A stretch of DNA of 64,000 nucleotides from Candidatus Nomurabacteria bacterium (GTDB lineage: Bacteria > Patescibacteriota > Minisyncoccia > Phycocordibacterales > UBA9973). Positions within the stretch are counted from its first letter, which is position 1, and each line of letters opens with the position of its first letter. The notes under the pieces are model-generated. The model saw only the letters and a list, made by a program, of their open reading frames with translations, ran no database searches and was not told the origin of the DNA. Of this stretch, positions 8,599 to 17,834 are shown in pieces. A program made the translations under genes and the position numbers. The stretch spans positions 5,878-69,877 of the forward strand of contig JBPOHQ010000003.1 in the NCBI GenBank assembly GCA_052035405.1, read 5' to 3'.

Positions 8599-9771
8599 AT
8601 GTCTTCCTCAAAGAAATTTTATAGTCGTTTACCAGTAGTTCATTATTCTCTGAACCAACTGCTTCGTCATACTAATGAATTTCAATCTATACCAGATGAC
8701 TGGTTTGTTATACTTACCGACATAGTAAATTCAACTGAGCACTTTAAAGATGAGAGATACCAAGAAGTAAATTTTGTAGCGGTCGCTGGAGCAAGTATTG
8801 TTTTAAATGAAGCACACCTACATAGAATCCATGTTCCTTTTGTTTATGGTGGTGATGGAGTGACCGTATTTGTGCCTCCAGCCTTAGTGCCTTCTCTTAA
8901 AACAAAACTTGCTACGTTAAGATCAAACGCCCATAAACGTTTCGGAATGAATTTAAGAATATCTGTAATTCCAGTCTCTGAGATTTATAAAGCCGGTTTT
9001 TCTATAAGGACTGCAAAGCTGTATATATCAAAGAGCTACAATCAATCAATATTTCTAGGAGAGGGTATAAGATATGCAGAATCTCTTATGAAAAAAACTG
9101 AGGAGTATTTATTACCACAACATATAAAACAAAGACCTATAGATCTTTCTGGGCTTGAGTGTAAATGGAACGCTCTTTTCCCGCCAAGGTCTGGAGATGA
9201 AATACTTTCCCTTATTGTTTTACCTCACGGTCATCGAGAGCCCGAGGAAGTGTTTCACGATGTGTTGGAAAAAATAGACGAACTTTATGGTACCTTTGCA
9301 GAAAGACATCCAATACATTCTAAAACCCTCTCTCCAACAACAAACATGAAAACTATACTTCATGCTTCTCATTTAAAATATGGAAGCACTAACATTTACT
9401 ACGTTGTTGGGAATTTACTTTTTGGGATTTATAAGTCTATACGTATTCATTTAAAAGATGCGTTATATTCAATATTTAAATCAAGAAGCATGCCAGAGAT
9501 GTCTACTTCATCTGATACTTTAAAAATTGATAATACAATGAAAACTATATTTGCTGGTGCTCCAGAACAAAGACCTAAACTCATTAAATGGTTAGCAGAA
9601 CAAGAAAAGAAAGGAGAATTATTTTACGGCATTAATGTTGCAAACTCATCAATGATGACTTGTTATATTAAAAATTCTCAAGATAATCACGTACGTTTCT
9701 TAGATGGTTTTGGAGGAGGGTATACACTCGCTTCTATAGAATTAAAAAAGAAATTAAAAAGATTAAATTGA
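8599..9771 (+). CDS. DUF3095 family protein (nucleotide cyclase-like fold)
   Basis: PDDWFVILTDIVNST, RYQEVN, FVYGGDG, DLSGLECKW, FLDGFGGGYTLA. Confidence 0.8.
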   Translation: MSSSKKFYSRLPVVHYSLNQLLRHTNEFQSIPDDWFVILTDIVNSTEHFKDERYQEVNFVAVAGASIVLNEAHLHRIHVPFVYGGDGVTVFVPPALVPSLKTKLATLRSNAHKRFGMNLRISVIPVSEIYKAGFSIRTAKLYISKSYNQSIFLGEGIRYAESLMKKTEEYLLPQHIKQRPIDLSGLECKWNALFPPRSGDEILSLIVLPHGHREPEEVFHDVLEKIDELYGTFAERHPIHSKTLSPTTNMKTILHASHLKYGSTNIYYVVGNLLFGIYKSIRIHLKDALYSIFKSRSMPEMSTSSDTLKIDNTMKTIFAGAPEQRPKLIKWLAEQEKKGELFYGINVANSSMMTCYIKNSQDNHVRFLDGFGGGYTLASIELKKKLKRLN

Positions 9772-9785
9772 TTGAGTATATCTAG

Positions 9786-12095
9786 ATGAAAGAAAACTTG
9801 AAGTTAGCAAGAGTAATATTGTGGGAGCAGGTATCGTCACTCTTTTTTGTGTTGCTTGTTGTTTCTGCTGGTGTCTCATTTTTCTTAGGTGAAAAAGTAG
9901 ATGGGATTATTATTGCAGTTATTATTTTTATAAATACACTTTTGGGTTTTATTCAAGAATATAAAGCATCAAAAGCTTCTGAACAATTACTGCACCTTAT
10001 AGAAACAAAAGTATATGTCTTGCGAGCAGGGAATCTCGTTATGGTGAAGACCAGCGACTTGGTGTTGGGAGATGTTGTACACCTCGTACCTGGATCTATT
10101 GTTCCTGTAGATATAGAAATTATAGAAGCTGATAATGCATTTATAGATGATTCTGTTCGCACCGGAGAGAGTCTGCCAAAGGAAGTCTTCATGGGAGAGA
10201 GACTTTTTTCTGGAGCTGTCGTTACAACAGGTAAAATAATCGGACAGGTGATACAGATAGGGGATGAGTCTTCACTCTCTAAATATCGAGCCAAACTAGA
10301 ATCAGTAAAAAAATGGAGTAGTTTTAATGTGTTTACTGAAAAAGTTATTAAATACATTTTCATTATTTCTTTAGCGACACTAATTATCTCAATGTTTTTT
10401 TTGGTTGTGTATATGAGTAAATACAGCTTGTTACATTTCTTCGTTTTTGCGATTGCAATGCTTGTCGGTGTTGTTCCAGAAGTCTTGCCGCTCATTGTTA
10501 CTATAATTCTAACTCGAGAATCTATATCACTTTCAGAAAATAAAGTTATAGTAAAAAGACTTTCTTCTCTAGAGAGTCTGGGTGCTATTTCTTTTCTTTT
10601 AACAGACAAGACTGGTACAATTACAGAAAATAAATTGCGTGTTGCTGCTGTTACTGACATACATAATTTTTGGGAAAATTCAAACTATATTTCTGAAGGT
10701 CAGTATGAGCGTACTGGACTTGATGCAGTGTATGATGAAGCCCTAAATCAATCTATTGGTAAAATAAAAACTAACTCAAGAACTATTAAATATTTTGATC
10801 CTTTCGATAGATTACTAGGTTATGAAGTTTTCGTAATTGAAGGTGGCGTAAAGATTGCTCGAGGTATTGCTTCTAAGATTTTTAGTTTGTGCAAAAGAAC
10901 TCCAGAGAAAATATTAAAATCTGCTCTGGAATATGAAAAGAAAGGGATGAGGGTTATCGCTCTAGCAGAGGGTCAAGCAGGAGAATGGACTTTTTCCGGT
11001 TTTGTGGCTTTTGTAGATCCGATTAAAGACACTTCAGCCGCTTCTCTAAAACTTGCAGCGGATCGAGGTATTCAAGTAAAGATTCTTACTGGAGATTCAA
11101 AAGAGGTTGGTTTAAACGTTGCAAATGAACTACATCTCATTAAAGATAATAAAAGTGTTATTTCGTTCGATGATGTTCGTGTGGCAGATTTATCAGATAA
11201 AGATTTAATCCATGCGACGCTTTTTGCACGATGTACCCCAGAGAATAAATTAGAGTTAATTGATAGATATTTGAAAATAGGTCCAGTAGCTTTTTTGGGT
11301 GATGGTATCAATGACGCACTTGCTTTGAAGAGAGCTGACGTGGGTATCGCAGTAGATAATGCGACCGACATAGCAAAAGAATCGTCCGATATTATTTTAT
11401 TAGAAAAAGATCTTGGTCCAATACTCAAAAGTATTTCTACTGGACGTAGAGCACTGCGAAACATTTTGACGTATATTATGTACACTCTCTCTGGGAATGC
11501 TGGAACATTTTTTTCTCTTCTTGTTGCATCATTTTTTTATCCTGTTTTGCCGATGCTTCCTATTCAAATTCTTTTAAATAATCTGCTCACCGATTTACCA
11601 CTTATGCTTATTATCACTGACAATCCTGATGAATACGCACTTCGCCATGTGCCGCATTTTGAACCCAAAAAGATCATGCAACGAGTGTTTATTTTTGGTG
11701 TTGTGTCCAGTGTCTTTGATTTACTTTATTTTCAGCTCTATAAAAATGCGAATGTTGCAGAATTCCAAACAGGTTGGTTTGTACTCTCTATTCTCGCTGA
11801 ACTCATTCTTATACTTTCTATTAGATCTTCACGTTTTGTATTTAAGTCTCCAGCACTTTCAATACCACTTCTAACTGGTATTGTGATATCTGCAGTGCTA
11901 CCTTTCTTGTTTATATACAATCCTTCTTTAGCTGCTATTTTTAAGTTTGCTCCGTTATCACTCTCTACAGTACTCGTGATTTGTGGCATGATTGTTACAT
12001 ATAGCATTACTAATGAAATAGTAAAGTATTTTATGAGAAAGAAAAATCTATACAATAAACCTACTCCCATTTTGTTCTCTCATTCTAAAAGTTAG
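9786..12095 (+). CDS. P-type cation-transporting ATPase (MgtA-like)
   Basis: TGES, VGVVPEVLP, DKTGT, TGD, FLGDGINDALAL, PIQILLNNLL. Confidence 0.9.
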   Translation: MKENLKLARVILWEQVSSLFFVLLVVSAGVSFFLGEKVDGIIIAVIIFINTLLGFIQEYKASKASEQLLHLIETKVYVLRAGNLVMVKTSDLVLGDVVHLVPGSIVPVDIEIIEADNAFIDDSVRTGESLPKEVFMGERLFSGAVVTTGKIIGQVIQIGDESSLSKYRAKLESVKKWSSFNVFTEKVIKYIFIISLATLIISMFFLVVYMSKYSLLHFFVFAIAMLVGVVPEVLPLIVTIILTRESISLSENKVIVKRLSSLESLGAISFLLTDKTGTITENKLRVAAVTDIHNFWENSNYISEGQYERTGLDAVYDEALNQSIGKIKTNSRTIKYFDPFDRLLGYEVFVIEGGVKIARGIASKIFSLCKRTPEKILKSALEYEKKGMRVIALAEGQAGEWTFSGFVAFVDPIKDTSAASLKLAADRGIQVKILTGDSKEVGLNVANELHLIKDNKSVISFDDVRVADLSDKDLIHATLFARCTPENKLELIDRYLKIGPVAFLGDGINDALALKRADVGIAVDNATDIAKESSDIILLEKDLGPILKSISTGRRALRNILTYIMYTLSGNAGTFFSLLVASFFYPVLPMLPIQILLNNLLTDLPLMLIITDNPDEYALRHVPHFEPKKIMQRVFIFGVVSSVFDLLYFQLYKNANVAEFQTGWFVLSILAELILILSIRSSRFVFKSPALSIPLLTGIVISAVLPFLFIYNPSLAAIFKFAPLSLSTVLVICGMIVTYSITNEIVKYFMRKKNLYNKPTPILFSHSKS

Positions 12096-12110
12096 TGATA
12101 TAGTGTAGGT

Positions 12111-13895
12111 ATGACATTTTTATTTATATCGTTTATTGCAGGAGTTTTGACAATTCTTGCACCGTGCATATTACCACTTTTACCTGTTATCGTAGGTCAC
12201 TCAATTAGCGACGCCACGCCGAGCAAGAGAAGACTTTTGGTTGTTGTAGCATCTCTCAGTTTTTCAATTATTCTCTTCACTTTAATTCTCAAAGTAAGTA
12301 CATTATTTGTGGATATTCCACAAGATTTTTGGAAATGGATTTCTGGAGGAATTATCTTCTTTTTTGGTTTAACCATGATTTTCCCATCCATATGGGAGAG
12401 GTTTTCTCTTGCGAATACGTTATCAATGAAATCAAACCAAGTTCTCACTAAGGGCTATCAGAAAGACAGTATTTGGGGTGATGTAATCATCGGAGCATCC
12501 CTTGGTCCGATTTTCTCTGCATGCAGTCCAACATATTTTGTAATTCTTGCAACGGTATTACCAGTAAGTTTGTTTTTGGGAATTGTATATTTACTTGCTT
12601 ATGTATTAGGTCTTTCTCTGTCTTTGGTATTAATTGCTCTTTTAGGGGAAGGTATTATGGCTCGGGTCGGTAAGGTGTCAGATCCTAGAGGATGGTTTAA
12701 AAAAATCTTTGGTGTTATTTTTATTCTTGTTGCTGTTGGAATTATTACTGGGTATGACAAAAAGCTTCAAATTAGCCTACTTGATGCTGGGTTTTTTGAT
12801 GTAACTAAAGTTGAACAAAAACTACTAGATAGCTCAGAAAACAAAAGTCCTGAAGGGGTTGTGAGTGAGGTAAAAGATGAAAACACAAATAGTGAAGATG
12901 TTGCGTTGGATACGTCAGAAACTATTAAAGAAAATAGAAATGAAAAATTTCTAACACTAGCAGAAAAAAGTAAAAAATATATCCTTGCTCCAGATATCAG
13001 TACGCCTGATGGGTTTATAAATACCAACGATCTCCCCGTTACTATAGCAGGATATAAAGGTAAGAAGGTGGTGTTACTCGATATTTGGACATACAGCTGT
13101 ATTAATTGTCAGCGGACTATTCCATATCTCAATCAGTGGTACAAATCATACGAAGATGATGGACTCGTGATCATCGGACTTCATACTCCAGAATTCTCTT
13201 TTGAAAGAGTACAGAAAAATGTTGAGGAAGCGGTCAAAGATTTTAATATCAAATACCCAGTAGTGCTTGATAATGATTTCTCAACATGGGAAGCATACAA
13301 AAATCAATATTGGCCGAGAAAATATCTTATAGACATAGATGGATACATTGTGTATGACCATGCTGGAGAAGGGCAGTATAAGGAAACTGAGATTGCAATA
13401 CAGAAAGCTCTTCGTGAAAAGAGTGCGAGACTTGGAGAAAACATGGATATAGGTACATCAACTTCACTTGTCTCTCCGATCGCTGTCGACTTTGGTAAAG
13501 TAAAAAGCCCTGAGATATATTTTGGAGCATTTAGAAATACTGATTTAGCCAATGGTACAGCGAGCAAGGTTGGAAGTCAGAGCTTAACTATTCCAGAAGA
13601 AATTATAAAGAATAAATTATACTTGGGTGGCACTTGGAATATTACTACGGAAACAGCTCAAAATACTGGAGGAGAAGTGGTATTTAAATATGAAGCAAAG
13701 AACGTATATATGGTAGCAAGTTCTGATCTGGGGGCGGTGATAGAAGTATACTTAGATGGAAAGCTCTACAAGAATTTAAATATTCAAAATGAAACACTAT
13801 ACAAGATTGTTGAAGGAGATTCTTACGGAGAACATACATTGAAAATAAAGATTAAATCAGGTACATTAAAAGCATTTACCTTTACCTTTGGTTAA
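12111..13895 (+). CDS. DipZ-like protein (CcdA membrane domain + thioredoxin + C-terminal domain)
   Basis: LAPCILPLLP and SAC in TM domain; WTYSCINC, HTPEF, NQYWP; ends AFTFTFG. Confidence 0.9.
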   Translation: MTFLFISFIAGVLTILAPCILPLLPVIVGHSISDATPSKRRLLVVVASLSFSIILFTLILKVSTLFVDIPQDFWKWISGGIIFFFGLTMIFPSIWERFSLANTLSMKSNQVLTKGYQKDSIWGDVIIGASLGPIFSACSPTYFVILATVLPVSLFLGIVYLLAYVLGLSLSLVLIALLGEGIMARVGKVSDPRGWFKKIFGVIFILVAVGIITGYDKKLQISLLDAGFFDVTKVEQKLLDSSENKSPEGVVSEVKDENTNSEDVALDTSETIKENRNEKFLTLAEKSKKYILAPDISTPDGFINTNDLPVTIAGYKGKKVVLLDIWTYSCINCQRTIPYLNQWYKSYEDDGLVIIGLHTPEFSFERVQKNVEEAVKDFNIKYPVVLDNDFSTWEAYKNQYWPRKYLIDIDGYIVYDHAGEGQYKETEIAIQKALREKSARLGENMDIGTSTSLVSPIAVDFGKVKSPEIYFGAFRNTDLANGTASKVGSQSLTIPEEIIKNKLYLGGTWNITTETAQNTGGEVVFKYEAKNVYMVASSDLGAVIEVYLDGKLYKNLNIQNETLYKIVEGDSYGEHTLKIKIKSGTLKAFTFTFG

Positions 13896-13915
13896 AAAGA
13901 TATTAGAATAGCTCA

Positions 13916-14371
13916 ATGATTTCAGAAGATATTATAGCTCGTATAGGTATCGCCTTTTTAGGTCTTTGCGGCTTTTTGGTTGCACGACATATTTATAAAG
14001 AAAAGAGAGCAGATAGACCCCTCATCTGTCCGATGCATTTTGATTGCAATGCTGTGGTAAGTAGTGACTACTCAAAATTCTTTGGCATACCGCTTGAAAT
14101 ATTTGGTATGGTGTATTATGCTTGTGTATTTATTGGGTATATATTTTTATCTTTTTTGTCCGAAGTATTACCAAATATGTTAGTCAGCTCTCTTGTTCTA
14201 GTATCTATAGCAGCCTTCCTTTTTTCTGTATATCTTATATTTGTGCAGAGTTTTATTCTGAAAAAGTTTTGTACTTGGTGCCTCGTCTCAGCAGGTATTT
14301 GTGTGATGATTTTTGGACTTACACTCGTAGCATACGACTTCTCAAGCCTTGCAGGGATTTATATAAAATAA
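13916..14371 (+). CDS. Vitamin K epoxide reductase (VKOR) family protein
   Basis: CPMHFDC...VVSSDYSKFFGIP...FCTWC. Confidence 0.9.
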   Translation: MISEDIIARIGIAFLGLCGFLVARHIYKEKRADRPLICPMHFDCNAVVSSDYSKFFGIPLEIFGMVYYACVFIGYIFLSFLSEVLPNMLVSSLVLVSIAAFLFSVYLIFVQSFILKKFCTWCLVSAGICVMIFGLTLVAYDFSSLAGIYIK

Positions 14372-14414
14372 AAAAGCCATCGAATATACACGCGGGGTGT
14401 GGTTATTCGATGGC
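14369..14414 (-). terminator. Terminator hairpin with minus-strand U-tract
   Basis: gccatcgaata(14376-86)/tattcgatggc(14404-14), preceded by an A-run. Confidence 0.7.
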
Positions 14415-14463
14415 ATAATTTAACGGGGATAGATAGATTAAAAATGGTTTTTTGAGGTAATCC

Positions 14464-14646
14464 TTACCCGTTACACTTAAGCATATGTTGCTTAAGTGCT
14501 TCATTATTTTCGAATGAAGCACCGCATATGCATGAGAATCCGGGCTCATCTGAACCAACAGATGATTGAACAAGTGCCAGTCCTAACCCGTGACTGGTAA
14601 GGGGGGCTTTACGGGATGCCCAGCCGTGCTTGAAATAAAACAACAT
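14464..14646 (-). CDS. 60-aa microprotein with C2HC zinc-finger-like motif
   Basis: FSCICGASFENNEALKQHMLKC (C-x-C-x3-F-x5-L-x2-H-x3-C); has its own downstream terminator. Confidence 0.6.
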   Translation of the reverse strand: MLFYFKHGWASRKAPLTSHGLGLALVQSSVGSDEPGFSCICGASFENNEALKQHMLKCNG

Positions 14647-14723
14647 AATAAAATGATTTAATTTTTTAAAAAGCCAAAGAGTCTAGCTACTTAAAGAATA
14701 AAACCATTTAAAATTTAAAAGAA

Positions 14724-14816
14724 CAAAAACGAAACCCTTGATTTCTCAAGGGCTCGTGTTTCGTTTCTTTTTTAGTATTCTTACTTTAGAAAAAAATTAA
14801 ACATGAACCTTTGAGA
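14724..14816 (-). promoter_or_regulatory. Candidate transcription attenuator (terminator/antiterminator)
   Basis: Terminator cccttga-gaaa-tcaaggg + U-tract (14735-14752); mutually exclusive 18-nt helix 14799-14816 with 14744-14761. Confidence 0.55.
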
Positions 14817-14910
14817 TCTCTGTCTTAAAAAAAGACAGGAGCTTAATAATAGCGAAGACGGAAATCTCTCGGTGGTTGGTCGCTATTAAGTTTACTTTGT
14901 TTAATATCAT
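14797..14910 (-). CDS. Putative 37-aa leader peptide MILNKVNLIATNHREISVFAIIKLLSFFKTEISKVHV
   Basis: ATG 7 nt after TACTAT -10 box (TTGACT further upstream); stop codon overlaps the antiterminator strand; alternative ATG at 14919. Confidence 0.45.
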   Translation of the reverse strand: MILNKVNLIATNHREISVFAIIKLLSFFKTEISKVHV

Positions 14911-15032
14911 TACTTTCATAGTAAACACCCAAAATTAACTCTAGTCAATACCCTCAATCGAAAGTTATCCACACCCTCTCCTTAGCAAACTAGGGGGTCC
15001 ACAGCCTTATTCCCATATGTTATTATGTTTTT

Positions 15033-17648
15033 ATGGAAAATTTCAAACAACTCTGGTCTTTATCAGTAGATAAGTCTTTAGAAATGATCAACTCTAGTCA
15101 TGAAGGACTTGCTGATAAAGAAGCAGAAGAACGTCTTTTGAGGTATGGTAAGAATGCTTTCTCTGATAAAGAGAAAAAAGGCCCTTTTCCAATATTCTTA
15201 AAGCAATTTGTAAGCCCTCTTATTTTTCTTCTTATCGGTGCTGCTACTCTAACTGCTATTTTACAAGAATGGATAGATACTGGGGTTATTATTTTTGCAG
15301 TACTCTTAAACGTGGTTCTTGGTTTTTACCATGAATATCATGCAGAGAACACTCTGGATAAACTGACTACGTATATCAAGGACCGTTCAAGGGTAATACG
15401 AAATGGTCATGAACAAGAGATAGATTCTTCGCTTATTGTTCCTGGAGATATTCTTAAGCTCTCATATGGTTCTCGTATCCCAGCGGACGCTCGTATCCTG
15501 AGTGTAAACAATCTACGAGTAGATGAGGCAATCCTTACTGGAGAATCTTTGCCTATTGAAAAGAATGAAAATACCGTGCCATTAACTGCAGAAATTGTTG
15601 ATAGAAGTAATATTGCTCATGCGGGGACGCTCGTGGTAGAGGGGTATGCAACTGCTCTCGTGTATGCGACAGGGAATCACACAGAGATAGGTAAAATTGC
15701 AGGAATAGTTTCTAGTGTCGAACGCACAGAAACACCGCTTCAAAAAAGTGTGAACAAACTCGCTTGGTTTATCTTTATTTTAGTTATAGGTATTGTTATT
15801 GGTATTTTAATTTTGGGTCTCTTCCGAGGGCAGCCATTGTTGCCTATGCTCCTCTTAGCATCTGCTGTCGCAGTCGGTGCGGTGCCTGAAGCTTTACCCA
15901 TTGCACTTACTGTGATTTTAGCTATTGGTGCGACTCGTATTGCTAACAAAAAGGGTATCATACGCAAACTTTCTGCAGCGGAGACTCTTGGTTCTGCAAC
16001 ACTTATTATGACTGATAAAACTGGTACCTTAACCATGGCAGATATGCAGCTTGTGGGTATTAGCGAAGTTGCTTCAGTCATAGACACAGGAGCAAAAGTT
16101 TTACAGGATGGCTTTAACGAGGAAGAAAAAAGACTCCTCGCAATGTCTTTATCTAATGTCGATGTTTCTATTGAAAACCCAGACGAGTCAGAAAATATCT
16201 GGAATTTTAAAGGAAGACCTTTTGAGGTTAATATCGTTAAGGCTTGTAGAGAAAATTCCATACCGATAGATAGAATTTTGTCTACCTCTTCTTCTTTGGT
16301 TTTACCTTTTAATTCAACAAATAAGTTTTCTGTTTCAGACAATGGGGATTTTTATACCGTGATGGGTGCACCGGATATTCTTCTAAAGAAATCTGATATA
16401 TCAAAAGAGGATTATGTAAAAATGGAAGAATGGATTGAGCGTACAAGTCGAGAAGGAAAGAGGCTGATCGGTCTTGCGAGTTTTAAAAAGAAACACGGAC
16501 ATCCAAAATTTGAAATCTCTGAAGTAGAGAATATTACTTTTTTAGGTATGCTTGTTTTTTTTGATCCTATACGTGAAGAAGTACCAAAAGCTATTAAAAA
16601 TATAGAGTCTCATGGAATGAAGATTGTGTTAGTAACTGGGGACTTACCTGGTACTGCACTATCAGTCGCTCGAGATTTGGATTGGCATGTTACTGAAGAA
16701 GAGGTGTTGGTAGGAAGTGACTTGAGAAAAATGTCTGACGAAGAATTGTTGCCACTTATTCCAGATATAAAAATCTTTGCTCGAGTAACTCCTGAAGATA
16801 AACTCCGTATCGGAACTTTGTATCAAAAACTTGGCGAAGTTGTCGCAATGACAGGGGACGGAGTGAATGATGCACCATCGCTTAAGGCTATGGATATAGG
16901 TATCTCACTCGGCTCAGGGTCTGATGTTGCTAAGTCTGCTGCAGATTTGGTTTTACTTGATGATAACTTTGAGACTATTTCTATGGCGATAGATGAAGGA
17001 CGAAAAATTTTGGCAAATGTAAGAAAGACGTTTGTGTATCTTATGTCTAACTCTCTAGATGAAGTTTTCGTGATAGGAGGAAGTTTAATTTTTAATCTTG
17101 CTTTACCTCTAACTGCCTTGCAGATAATCTGGGTAAATTTATTTACCGGTAGTCTACCTGCACTTTCTTTTGCTTTTGATGAAGATATAGATAAAGAACG
17201 ATACTCAGGAAAGGATTTAAGACTTATCTTTACTACAGAGGTTAAAGTACTGACTCTAGGAATAGGGGTATTAAGTTCTTTGTTTTTATTCTTACTGTAC
17301 TATTTCCTTGTGAATATCCATTTAGATTTAGACGTCGCTCGGTCAATTTTCTTTGTTTGTTTTTCTTCTTATATTTTAGCTATTACGCTCTGTTTTCGAA
17401 GTTTACGTAGCTCTATCTTTTCTTATGCCGTTTTTTCAAATAAGAAATTAAATATAAGTTTACTTATTTCCTTAGCTCTTTTGATATTTACAATGTCTGT
17501 GCCTTTCATGAGAGATACATTTTCTCTTGCTCCAATGCCAATAGCATGGATCCCTTTTGTGATTATTTGGTTGATATTGAATATTGTGTTAGTGGAAGGT
17601 TCAAAGTGGATTATGAGGAAAAGTAAAAAATTGCCTTTTAAAAAGTAG
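15033..17648 (+). CDS. P-type cation-transporting ATPase (type II, Ca2+-like)
   Basis: LTGES, AVPEALP, DKTGT, TGDGVNDAPSL, LPLTALQIIWVNL. Confidence 0.93.
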   Translation: MENFKQLWSLSVDKSLEMINSSHEGLADKEAEERLLRYGKNAFSDKEKKGPFPIFLKQFVSPLIFLLIGAATLTAILQEWIDTGVIIFAVLLNVVLGFYHEYHAENTLDKLTTYIKDRSRVIRNGHEQEIDSSLIVPGDILKLSYGSRIPADARILSVNNLRVDEAILTGESLPIEKNENTVPLTAEIVDRSNIAHAGTLVVEGYATALVYATGNHTEIGKIAGIVSSVERTETPLQKSVNKLAWFIFILVIGIVIGILILGLFRGQPLLPMLLLASAVAVGAVPEALPIALTVILAIGATRIANKKGIIRKLSAAETLGSATLIMTDKTGTLTMADMQLVGISEVASVIDTGAKVLQDGFNEEEKRLLAMSLSNVDVSIENPDESENIWNFKGRPFEVNIVKACRENSIPIDRILSTSSSLVLPFNSTNKFSVSDNGDFYTVMGAPDILLKKSDISKEDYVKMEEWIERTSREGKRLIGLASFKKKHGHPKFEISEVENITFLGMLVFFDPIREEVPKAIKNIESHGMKIVLVTGDLPGTALSVARDLDWHVTEEEVLVGSDLRKMSDEELLPLIPDIKIFARVTPEDKLRIGTLYQKLGEVVAMTGDGVNDAPSLKAMDIGISLGSGSDVAKSAADLVLLDDNFETISMAIDEGRKILANVRKTFVYLMSNSLDEVFVIGGSLIFNLALPLTALQIIWVNLFTGSLPALSFAFDEDIDKERYSGKDLRLIFTTEVKVLTLGIGVLSSLFLFLLYYFLVNIHLDLDVARSIFFVCFSSYILAITLCFRSLRSSIFSYAVFSNKKLNISLLISLALLIFTMSVPFMRDTFSLAPMPIAWIPFVIIWLILNIVLVEGSKWIMRKSKKLPFKK

Positions 17649-17687
17649 CATTTATTCTTTTTTTTTGTTATAACTATCTTGTTGTAT

Positions 17688-17759
17688 GGTGGTTATGGTG
17701 TAGCGGTAGCACATGGGCTTGTGGAGCCCCTAGTCTGGGTTCAACTCCCAGTAGCCACC
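17688..17759 (+). tRNA. tRNA-His(GTG)
   Basis: G-1 + GTGGTTA/TAGCCAC + C73, gggc-ttGTGga-gccc, GGTTCAACTC. Confidence 0.95.
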
Positions 17760-17770
17760 CAAGTAATAAA

Positions 17771-17798
17771 TAAAAAAGCGTCTTTAGACGCTTTTTTA
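17771..17798 (+). terminator. Intrinsic terminator after tRNA-His
   Basis: taaaaaagcgtc-ttta-gacgctttttta. Confidence 0.85.
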
Positions 17799-17834
17799 TT
17801 TACCAAAATGCTTTTCTGGTTGTATAATAACTGC

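Noticed and set aside
9953-12070. Long antisense ORFs over the P-type ATPase (also 15740-16342, 24065-24957, 52818-53291 and similar)
   Set aside because: Shadow ORFs opposite well-supported conserved genes, with no motifs
14965-14973. Perfect DnaA box TTATCCACA as a sign of oriC
   Set aside because: Single consensus box, no cluster and no dnaA/dnaN nearby; at most a regulatory site
17679-17834. N-terminal extension of the DoxX ORF
   Set aside because: Overlaps tRNA-His and its terminator; ATG 17835 has its own -10 box
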